From: Camelus dromedarius
Taxonomy: Eukaryota
Reading direction: 5' to 3'
Assembly: GCF_036321535.1 (NCBI RefSeq)
Contig: NC_087447.1
Span: forward strand, 44,642,001 to 44,706,000
DNA: 64,000 nucleotides
Made by a program: the position numbers and the translations under genes. Positions 13,921 through 24,800 of this stretch are shown in pieces. The notes beneath the pieces are model-generated. The model had not been told where the DNA came from. It did not search any database and saw only the letters and a list, made by a program, of their open reading frames with translations. Every line of letters starts with the position of its first letter. Position 1 is the stretch's first letter.

Positions 13921-15635
13921 GGTAAGCATTCTTACAAGGCCTATACTCCTGGCCGATTGTGGGTAGGATTGCCTGAGCCCATGCCCTGACCAGCAGAGAC
14001 CATGTGCTCAATCATCAGTCACTTGGCACCAGGGGGGCCTTCCCTGAGAGCCTCAGTGATGGTCTGTTCCTCCCTTGCACTCCCACCCTAAGCAAAGCAC
14101 CAGCAATGACACTGAGGATGGAAACTCAAAGTTTCAGCCCTCAACCTCTCCATGCTAACAATCTGGACACCTAAAGTTAGTGAGGGAATAAGATGGCAAT
14201 AAAGGTGAACTTCCTTGGGTGGGGAGCCCCACATGGCTTCCCTACCAGCCCGAGAACAGGCTCCTGGAGCTGATTTCCACAGATACCAGATTAGGCAGTC
14301 AGCCTAAGCCAAGCAGAAGCTGTCTCAAGGAGAGGTCCTTCACTTCCTCCTGCACCTGATCACGGTGGGCATTTTCTCTCCAGTTCAGAGCTTGGGCCCA
14401 GAAGCAGGTGGCGGGGGTGCCTGGCAGTGGAAGCTATGCCTTGATTTAGCTGGCACAAGTCTTAAGTGATCTTCACAGACTTGGGGGCTGCAGCAGAGCC
14501 CCTGCTGGCACAGGTCAGAAAGTTATTTTGTGGTCCTGCAGAGGCTCACACCATGCTTACATGGGGCTGTCTGGTGACTGGAGCAGCCCCATTGCTGCAT
14601 GTGGCCTGCAGTTTCACTTAGTCACTCAGAAAGTACTTCTGAGTACTTACTACTGATCAGACAGAGGGGTGGGCCCTGGGAACACAGACAGCAATGGTCT
14701 TTGCCCTTATGGAGCTTATAGTTTAGTGGGGAAGGCAGGCAAACAAGTAGACACAAGGAACTAAATGTGTAATGCAAGTTTGTGTTCAAGTTGTGAAGGA
14801 AATGAATGGAATGCCTCTCTGAGCAATGACCTGCAGGTTGTGGGGTGGTGGGGAGGGAACCATACCAATAGTATGATTTAATAAAATGATTCATATTATA
14901 TCAAGTGTTTAGTGCAGTGCCAGGCACACAAGTACCCAACGGATACCAGCAAATTATTATTATAATTATTTAGTCATAGGGAAGCAAGAATGGACTATGC
15001 TGGAAGGCCCATTACAGAGCAAGAGAAATTCTTGGAGGAGGCGGTTGGGAGCAGAGAGTATTTTTTGGTACCTGGAGCTAATTCTAAGCCTGAGGCGAGG
15101 GAGAATCCAGTCTCTGCTCCCTGGAGTACATAACCATGGGCAGCAGGGTCAGCACACTCAGCACTCACTGGGCCCCCGGAGAAATAACTGAGATCAGAGA
15201 CCCCAGATAACGGCAGGGCAGGCTGCACACAGCCCTCCCAAGGGACAGGGGTTTGGCGTCCAGCTTTAATGTGGCGCCTGGCAATGCAAGAGGATGCTCT
15301 GTCCATGAAGATGTTTGCAGGGCCCCGTTCAGACGCTCTTAGAAGGAAGCCAGAAAACTGCTGGTTAGGAGGAACGGGAAGACCACATGAAAAGGGAGAT
15401 GATTGTATATTTCTGAGCTTGAATTCCCCCAGAAATCAAGCAAGAGACTGAGAGTCCCAAACCCACTCCTACTCTGGGCAGCAGAGATATGCAGAGGAAG
15501 GGGACGTGGCACTAAGCCACCATAGCCAGGCGGAGAAGAGTGAGAACGGAGGAAGTCTGTGGAAAGACAGTTTTAGGGAGGGCAAACTCCAGGGCTGCGG
15601 CTTCCAGTTGAAGCGTGGGAGCGCAATGATCCCTG

Positions 15636-15654
15636 CGGCCTCCAGAGGGCGCCC
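15636..15654 (+). promoter_or_regulatory. CTCF motif between TRIM3 and HPX
   Basis: CGGCCTCCAGAGGGCGCCC matches the CTCF core and sits in a small patch with retained CpGs. Confidence 0.65.
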
Positions 15655-16916
15655 GGACCCAAGTATGGACAAACACTTGGTCCGCAGCCCAGGCCAGACG
15701 GCTGGGAAGGACTCAGGACCAGCAGAAATAGCCACCTTAAGTGAGGAGACGAAAAGCAAGGCCAGCTCTATCTTGGGACCGCTGAGTGTCCTTGCCTTCC
15801 GCCCTGTGACCAGCATCAGGAGGGCCAATATCCACAGCCTAGGTTCTCACATGGATATCCTCTCAGCCCCTGCACAGAACGTGAGCTTCAACCTGAGCTG
15901 CCTGCCATGCAGAAGACTCTGCCCGCCTAGTCCATGAGGGGATGGGGGGATGGGGGTGGGTGGGAGGAAAGAGGAAGGCTTTCACTAGTGGTATCTAAGC
16001 CACCTTAGGGTAGACAAGGCAATTAGGAAACAGGAGTAAAAAGGTGCCACAAATCATTCTTCTGCAATGGAGAGACCCAGGGGTGCTGTGAAGGGGACCA
16101 GAGCTGGGTGGGAAAGAAGAGGCCAAGCTGAAAAACTGTCACCAGGTATACATGCTGTGTTCCCTAAAGAGCCCTGCTAGACCAGAGAGGAGGCTGTTCC
16201 CTGGAGCAGCAGGTCCGTGCAGGGCCCTGACTGTTGGAGACCGTCACAGTGGGTTTTCTGAGGGTTGTTCATGACTCAGTGTGAATGCTTCCATCTCCCT
16301 GTGCAGGCTCAGTAAAATCTGTAGGACACGCAGCCACAGTTCTGGAGTTAGTGATGGTTGTTGAGGGGGTTGCTGATGAAAGGTCATTGGAGGTTCAGAA
16401 AGGAGAATCCTGGGAAGGTTATGTAAGGTTTTAGAGGATGAGAGGGAAGAAAAAGTGAGGGGAGTCTGGGAGTAGCAGCATCCAGTGCCCAGCAGCTGGC
16501 GGTGGCGGGGGGGGGGGGTGTAGAGCAGGTCCAGCCAAGGATGCCCTGCACTGGGAAAAGGTGGGTGTCAGGCACCTGTCGTGGGATCTGTGGCACTGCC
16601 CATGCTGCCAAGGGCTTGGTGAGTCCAACTTTATTCACTAACTTATGAGGAGGAATGAAGTTAACAAGGCACATTTTCATTGTAAGTCAGGAGAGGATGT
16701 TGAGATTGATGGCTGAGGCCTGGTGACAGATTGTTGTCCAGTCCCAGAAATCTCTGTCTTCCTATTAGGAGGAACCCTGGCACAATTGGTAAGGGACCTG
16801 GGACCTGTGCTGAGGTTATACAGGGGAATGTCAATGGCATGGCACCTTCTGAGACAGATCAGGGCCCCTTCAGGGCTGGGGAACAGGGGTCCTGGAACCT
16901 CAGCCTGGCCCAGAGC

Positions 16917-16949
16917 TGACTTTGCACATATTTGTCTCCTGACTCAGCA
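16917..16949 (+). promoter_or_regulatory. Candidate HPX upstream enhancer: HNF4-like, FOXA-like and MARE/ARE motifs
   Basis: TGACTTTG, ATATTTG and TGACTCAGCA (16940-16949) within 33 bp. Confidence 0.35.
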
Positions 16950-17286
16950 ACCTCAGGCTTGTCTCAGATGGAAATGGGACAGCCTTTGGAAGTGGCCCCG
17001 GCTAGTACTGAAGATAGCAGGTACTAGAGATAGCAGGTGAGATCCCAGGGCTGGAGGAGAAGAGGTATATAGGGCTGGGACCCTGGAGAGAGAAACAAGA
17101 TCTTAAGATGAAGGTCAGTGCCAAGGAGACCTGTGACTCCTAGATCCAATATCCCCCCCATCATAACACATCCCCAGTCCTGAAGGAGGAAAATCGTCAG
17201 AAATTCTGCTGCAACATTAGTAATGCTAGTCAGTACTTGAAATTAATTTTTTTCATATATTTCAAATATTTATTGAGCATCTCTAA

Positions 17287-17741
17287 CAGGCATACCTCAT
17301 TTATTGCACTTTGCTTTACTGTGCTTCACAGATACTGCATTTTTTACAAATTGACGGCTTGTGGTAACCCTGAATTGAATACTTTCCAACAGCATTTGCT
17401 CATTTTGTGTCTCTGTAATTTTGGCAATTCTTGAAATAGTTCAAACTTTTTCATTAATGTTATATTTGTTGTGGTGATCTGTGATGTGACTCTTGCAGAA
17501 AGATTACTACTCCCTTGAAGGCTCAGATGACAGCATTTTTAGCAATAAAGTATTTTTAAATTAAGGTATGTATTTTTCTTTAGACCTAGTGTTCTTATAC
17601 ACTTAATAAACTACTATAGTGTAAACCTAACTTATATATGCACTAGGAAACCAAAAAATTTGTATGACCCAGTTTATTGTGAGGTTCACTTTATTGTGGT
17701 TGGTCTGGAACCAAACGTGTGATATCTCCAAGGTGTGCCTG
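17287..17741 (+). mobile_element. Internally deleted Tigger1 DNA transposon
   Basis: Terminal inverted repeats CAGGCATACCT / AGGTGTGCCTG and recognisable Tigger1 end sequences. Splits an L2 tail (TATTTATTGAGCATCT ... TGTGCCAGGTAC). Confidence 0.85.
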
Positions 17742-17859
17742 GATGTGCCAGGTACTAGTTTAGGTGGGGAAGATGTAACTATGCAAGACAGGCAAAACAA
17801 AAGAAAAAAAGCATAAGTAAGCATAGCATAAGCAAAAGCATAAGTAGATAGATGACATA

Positions 17860-17975
17860 ATTTTTAAAGCTTATTTTTATTGAAGTATAGTTTATTTATA
17901 ATGTGTTAGTTTCAGGTATACAGCAAAGTGATTCAATTATACATACACATACATATTCTTTTTCAGATTCTTTTG
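17860..17975 (-). mobile_element. L1 3'-end fragment
   Basis: TTTTTATTGAAGTATAG...GTATACAGCAAAGTGATTCA...TTTTCAGATTCTTTT, same family as 13793-13920. Confidence 0.7.
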
Positions 17976-18654
17976 AAATAATTTTGTTTTATTAAATGAC
18001 ATAAAGGAAACAAGCGAGAGTCTGAAATGGCTAAATGAGGTGATTGAGAAAGGCTTCATTGAGAAGATAGCATTTAAGCAGAATCAGCTGTAAATATTGT
18101 GAAACCCCAGTACAGTTCTATTTATTCTGCGATGGGTAAACAAAGCACTTTTCCCTTCAGGTGGAAACTATGAAGAAAGTCTAATTACTAGTAGGTCTCT
18201 CTTCCTGCCCCACTACTGTCAGCCCTTCCCTCCCAGGTGATTTTTGCTAAGCTATTTGTCATAGGGGTTCGGGGCAAGGGTGGGGCTTAGACATTTGGCG
18301 ACAGTGAAATATTGTTGACGCATCAAGGGCAAAGCGAAAGAGGCTTGGGAATGCCTCAGAAAGGCCCTTGATGGAAATTGGAAAAAGCTGTTCTCTGTGT
18401 TTCTAAGTATGTTTGCATGTGTGTGTGGTTACTAAATACACATAAGAGTGTCTTTAGGGGTCTCAGAGCTGAGCTTGGCACAGTGCATAGAAACGTTAGT
18501 TTCCTCTTCTCTCCTCCTGCATTGTTGAGGTGAATCCAGCCACAGAAAGCCAGTCCTCAATCAGCGTACCCTGTCCCCTGAACTTATGGGCATCCAGACC
18601 CACCACCAAGGTGACGGGAGCCACAGCTGCGTATCAGGGGCCTGGGCTAGTCAC

Positions 18655-18840
18655 TGCTCAAAAGTCACCGAAGGGGGAGGGGGTCTCCTGCTGGGAAGAG
18701 CTAGTCCTGGACTCAGATTTCTGTCCAGACCCTGACCTTATTTGCACTGATGTAATCGGCCAATATTGGCATAGTCCTGAGCGAGCTCACTCCCCGCAGT
18801 CTTGGACGTGGGGGTGGTGCCGCTGCCCTCTCTATATAGG
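18655..18840 (+). promoter_or_regulatory. HPX proximal liver/acute-phase promoter
   Basis: STAT3-like CTGGGAA 18691-18697, FOXA-like TATTTGC 18739-18745, C/EBP-type TGATGTAAT 18748-18756, palindrome GCCAATATTGGC 18759-18770, TATATA 18833-18838, ATG at 18886. Confidence 0.75.
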
Positions 18841-18885
18841 GGCTCAGCCAGGTGCCCAGAGCTGTCCTGGCCTTTCCAGCTCATC

Positions 18886-21800
18886 ATGGCTTGGGCACTG
18901 GGAGCATTGTGGTTGTTGGTGTGCTGGTCTCTGGCTAACACCCACCCTCTTTCTCTGTGAGTGAAGCTGGGGCAGGCGAAGGAGGGCTGGGGTCTGGGCT
19001 ACAGTGGGATAGGGCCAGTGTTTAAGCCTGGGGTGAGTTTGGGGTCAGGAGCTAAGGGAGAGGGACTGGGCTCTGTGGACCCGGACATCTATCTGTCTCC
19101 TCTCTAGGGCTGGTGCCCCTAGTCATGGAGCTGAAGGTGGGAACAGGACCAAGGTGGACCCAGATGTGATCGGTGAGTCCCCAACTCCCTGAGTCTGTCT
19201 GTCTGGCTGTGTCTCTGCGTTGTACCATCTGACTGGTCTTTTACTTGCTATCTCCCCTCCTCCTCCCCAGAACGCTGCTCGGATGGCTGGGGCTTTGATG
19301 CAGCCACCCTGGATGAGCATGGGGCCATGCTGTTTTTAAGAGGTAGGAGGGGCATTCGGGAACACAGACTTGGTCCCCTTCTCGGAGGGTGTGTCCAACT
19401 GTGGGAAATCTTAGGAATCATCTGAGGGTAGCACCCACCGCTTCTTTGTAATTATCTCAGTAGGCTGAAAGTTTGTTCTGGGTCCCTCAATGAGTGTGCA
19501 TTTTTCAGGGGAGTCAGTGTGGAAGGCTCCCAACTGGACCCGGGAGTTAATCTCGGAAAGGTGGAAGGACTTCCCCAGCCCTGTGGATGCTGCCTTTCGC
19601 CGTAGTCACAACAGTGTCTTTCTGATCAAGGTACGGCTGGACCAAGGTCAGGGCCTGGCCAGGAAGTGCTGGAATCAACACTAGGGACCCTCCCCCAGGT
19701 GGCCCTGGCATGGAGCCCTTCCCAACAGGTGCCAGGTTTCCTCTCCGTGTACCTTCTTTTCTTGAGAAAGCCCAGGCTAAGGGAGTGTGTGTGTGCATGT
19801 GGGCCTGGCAGGCATGACATCCAGCTGCTCTTTTTCAGCCCTTGTCTTCACCCAGACTTCTCTGCTGCTCCTCACACCATCCTCTCCTTCCTGGAAATTT
19901 CTCCCCTTGCTTCCATGACCCCGCCTTGGGTCCTCCTCAGATGCTGGCCAGGTTGTTCACCACATGACGGCTCTGGGCCGGAGGGCGAGTGGAGGATGAA
20001 ACCCAGCGTGCTGTGCTCACCGAGTCCCGTGCCCCAGCCCGGGCTGCGCCTGCTCCTTCCGGCACCTCCTCCTGACTCGCACAAAGACGCTGTGTTGTTC
20101 GGGCGGCTTCACTGCCAGGTTTCTTTTCCTTCCCGCCTCTTCTCCTGCTCTTCTCATGCTCCTTATCCTGGGCCAGTCCCTGAACGTTCCTTGGGGATCC
20201 AGCCCAGCCTGTCTGTACGCCCTCCCTGGGCGATCTCAACCACTGCCATGGCTCTGAGAGCTTTTCACGATGTGGACACAGGGTCTGGATCTCTTCCGGG
20301 AGCTCCAGACAACTCTTTCCAGTTTCCTGGCTGACATCTTCAACTTAGATGTTCTGTAGGCACCTCAAATTCAGCATCCCCCCAAAATGGAATTTAGTAT
20401 CTTCCTTACAAACCCACCCCTCCTCCTGTGTCCCTATTTCAGCAAATGGCACCACCCCGTGCTGGTTCCTGCAAGCCGGGAACACATGGGTCTTGAGATC
20501 TGGCCCTTGGTTATCTTTTCAGGTTTACCTTCTCCCTGCCACATTCACTGTGTGAATCTGAGCTCGTGGTGTACATGCTACTCCCTCTGCTGGTAACGTC
20601 CTTTCCACACTTGTCCACCTGGAAAATTCCTGCTCAATTGTTAACCCTTGGCCCAAATGCTTCCTCCTCTGTGCAGCCTTCCAGGAATTCTCTAGGTAGA
20701 CTTAGGAACACCCCCTTTATTCCCAATGCATTTCACATGCTACCACCTTGGGGCTTACATGGCTAGAATTGTAGGACACTTTCCAATTTTGTGCAGTGAA
20801 CTCCTTGAAGGCAGAAACAGAGTCTAGTCATCCCTTTATCTCCAGTGCCTCTCACAATATCTGGCATATAGTAGTCATTTCAGCAACTGTTTCTTGAATG
20901 GGTGAATGATCAAACAAATGATGGTGTGGATGGATGGATTGGATCACTGGGGCATGACGATTTGTGGATGTTTGCCCAAACTAGTGGTGTTGCAAATAAC
21001 TGTGCCATGGTGGGAGTCTGGTTGCACACAGCCAGATGTGAGTGTTATAGTAATAGTGATGAGATTTGCATAAATTGAGGGTGTGTATTTGTGCAAGGAG
21101 ACAGCACACTGTCGTCTACAGATGGATTGAGAGTATGTGGGACTGCAGCAGGATACTGTGTAAGTGCAATAGATCAAAGATGTTGTGTGAGCCTGCAGAG
21201 TGGCAGAGTCTGGGGATGCATATTAAAAACAGAGTGCTTTTGTATGCAGGGGGACAAAGTCTGGGTATACCCTCCTGAGAAGGAGAAAGAATATCCACAG
21301 TTGCTCCAAGATGAGTTTCCTGGCATCCCATCCCCACTGGATGCAGCTGTGGAATGTCACCACGGAGAATGCCAACAAGAGGGTGTCTTCTTCTTCCAAG
21401 GTCAGTCCAGGCTGGAATAAGAGAGCCTGGAGTAGTGGTGGGCTGGTGGTGATGGAGGCAGTTGTAGGGATGGTGGTGGTGGCAGCGAAACCACTATAGG
21501 GTTTCCCAAGGAAGGGAAGAAATAGAGAAGCCAATTATAGTCTAGAGGTCAAGTAGGGGAAAAAGAGGAAGTCATCTGGGGAAGGTAATTCTGCTAAAAG
21601 TCCCTCACTGTCCCCTGTGACTCTTTGGACAAATCTATATTCCTTTGTCTTACATACAAGGTTCTCCATGACCAAGTCCCTATTGATCCCCCAGCCTCTA
21701 CTCTTATCAGATCCTTGCCTTGAATAGGAAGCTCCAGGAACTCTATGCTGTTCTGGAGTTCCATCTCCCACTCTTGTCTGCCTTGTAACTCATGCTTCAG

Positions 21801-24800
21801 GTTTTAGTTTAAGTATCACCTTCCCTGGGATGCTTTCCCTGACTCTTCCCACTGCCCTTGCTGAGCTGATCACATGTACTTTGCTGCTGAATTTTACTGT
21901 ATGATGACTTTCCTCGACTGTCTCCCTGCTGGGCTGTGAACTCCAGGTGACCAGAACCACATCTGGTCCATTCTGGGGCCCAGTAAAGGACAAGGGAGGG
22001 CATAGCCTGGCCTGACTGAGTGCTTATTGGTTGATCGGACAAAGGCACACACACGTGGTTCTGGGACTTGACCACAAACACCACAAAGGAGCGTTCCTGG
22101 CCAGCCGTCGGGAACTGCTCCTCTGCCCTGCGATGGCTCAGCCGCTACTACTGCTTCCGGGGGAACCAGTTCCTGCGTTTCGACCCCGTCACGGGAGAGG
22201 TGCAGTCCAAGTACCCTCTGGATGTCCGGGACTACTTTATGCCCTGCCCTGGCAGAGGTGAGAAAACCCCGGTCCCTGGGGCCTCCTGGACATTGTCCAC
22301 CTTCCCGGAGTTTGCAGACTCCATATGCCCCAGCTCCTACCTTCACCCCGTGGAAGGACACCTAGGCCCTCGCCCTAACCCCTCTTCCACTCTGGCTCTT
22401 CTCAGCTGTCCTCACCTATGGAAAACCTGCACCACCACCAACCCCAGTAACCCCAGCCATCGCTTCCACCTCAGACCTTATTCTGACCCCTTGCCTCCCT
22501 CTGTGTTTCCCCTCACCTATTTCTCCCCACAGGCCATGCGCACAAGAATGCGACCCACCATGGGGATGTGCGCTGCAGCCCAGATCTAGTCTTGTCGGCA
22601 CTGCTGTCTGACAACCATGGTGCCACCTATGCGTTCAGCGGTAAGAGATGCCCTCCAACTCCCCTGTCTCAGCTCTCCGCACCTCCCACCTCTTCCATGT
22701 GCCTCCCGTCTCTGCTGCATTCCCTCCATTTTCATCACTGTGCCCCACATTTCGTCCCTTGGCCCCCATCCTTGCATCCTAGCATGCCCCCTTTCATCCC
22801 TCGTCTCCTAGGATGCCTATTGCTCAGCTTGTCTCTTGCTGCCCAGGCCTCTAACTCCATCCACCTGTCTGCCTCCCAGTACCATCTGCTCCCGGGCTGA
22901 TGCCTTTTCTGGACCTCTCGGCTCCTATGACTCCTCGTAGTCCCTTGGCGCCTGCGTATCTTGCAGGGCCCTCTGCCCACCCTCCTCCCTTGAGCTTATC
23001 CCCAGGAGCTCTATATTTTTCCAGATGCCTGGTTCCTATGTCCAGGCCTCTGGCACAGCGTTACCTGGGGATGAGATGTTCCCATTGTTGAGAACCAGCC
23101 AAAAAGCACTCAGTCCCTTGGACCTTTAGGCAATAGCTTCACTAGCTCAAGGAGATTTCTCCTCTGAGTGCCCAGTGAAGACCCCTCTCCCCAGACCTGT
23201 GGCACTATTGGCAAAAAGCCATTTAATGACAGCTAGGGGTGTTCCAGGGCTGCTCAGACAGGTAGTGATGAGTCTTAATCTGTGCTTGAGGACGGCTCCA
23301 AGCGAAGGAGTGGATCACCCCATTGCACTCAGCCTGAGATATCTGTATGATCAGGCAAGAATGTAAAACAGTGGTGAGAACACAGAAGAGCGAAAATCTT
23401 TTCTTGCTCTTAACCCCTCAACAAGTCTCATCAGATATGGCTACCAAGCCATAATGAAAAATGCACAGTCCCAAAGAGATCATCTCCCCACCCTGTGCTG
23501 AGAACAGATGCCTGTGGTGAAAAGGCAGACCTACACTGAGAATACAGGCCAGAGTAAGGGCACAGAAATATCGGGAGAACATGCAGCTATTTTTTTAAAA
23601 AGGTTATTTTTCTTTATTCCCAGTGCCCCTGGTCTCATGGCAGGGTCTGTGGGAAATCTCAGGGTCGTGCCAACTCCCAGGCTTCCTTGACTCTGCATGG
23701 CACCTGGGTACCCCACCAAGGAGCTCAAGTTCCAAAGGCTGGGGGATCTTCAGCTGTGGGTCTTTCTAAAAGCAGTTCCTGGGCACAATGCAGAATCAGG
23801 GCTTCTTGGTCATTCCTTAGTCCCCTTCCCCGAGCACAGAACAACCCAGCAGCTTGCTCCACTGGCTTGCTGTGCCCATCCCAGGAAAAGGCGGGGAGGG
23901 GCTCCAGAAAGTGGGTGTCTCCTAGCTGGAAGAAGCTGGGGCCTTTGGTCTAGTTTAACCTGGGGCAGGCCCTGGTGAGAGCAAGGCACCACTGGGAGGA
24001 CACGCAGACAAAGTGAGACAGTGATGGAGATACAGAGAGATAGACAGAGATGGAGATGGAGATGGATGGAGAGATGTGGAGATGGAGACACTGAGAAAAC
24101 AGGGCCACAGGACCACACAGAGAAGTAGAGAGATCACCTAGCCATGGCGAGATCACAGAACCTCAAGGCCATGTGTCCATAAACAGAATGTACCTTAAAT
24201 TCTAAATCAAAAGTATTAGACACATTCCATAGCTGTTGAGAGAACACCATCATATTAAAAATCTCCAGCTGAGAAGAGAATGCACTGCCTTGGTGACCCA
24301 GCCACTCAGCACAGGGCTGGGCCTCTCCTGTCTCTTATTGATAAATCCCTTGTCCCTACCTCGGAGCCTCTCACCCACTCTTCCTGCTTTGTCCCAACTT
24401 CGGCTTGAACATGGGCCACCATGCCCTCTCCACTTTCTCTCCGGCCCTGACTTCTTAGCCTCAGAGCCAGCTAATAACTGCCTCGGCTGCCCTTTTTCCT
24501 ACCTGGATTTCCAGGGAGAGAACAGGACCAGCCCAGCCCGCACCTTTATTCCAGACCACATTAAAGTGGCTGCCGGTCAGCCTCTGCGCTGGCTGCGGAG
24601 GGACTGGGGGCTCAGCAGTTATTCCCTCTGCACAAAGAGCAGCATACCTCTGATTCTCAAACTAGGGGCCGTGAGCAGGAGGGGAAGGTGGACGTGTAGT
24701 CACCATGACTCGTGCAGTTAATGTGCATAAAGAGAACCTATGCTTGCACGGAGAACACCAGCTACTTTTCGAGCACCAAATATTTGTCAGGCACCTGATA

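Noticed and set aside
13461..15937. Hidden gene between TRIM3 and HPX
   Set aside because: Scattered short ORFs and an isolated donor-like site give no coherent exon chain or recognisable domain.
19108..19122. In-frame alternative acceptor CCCTAG 15 nt inside HPX exon 2
   Set aside because: The upstream acceptor has the better pyrimidine tract and fits homology; no evidence of use.
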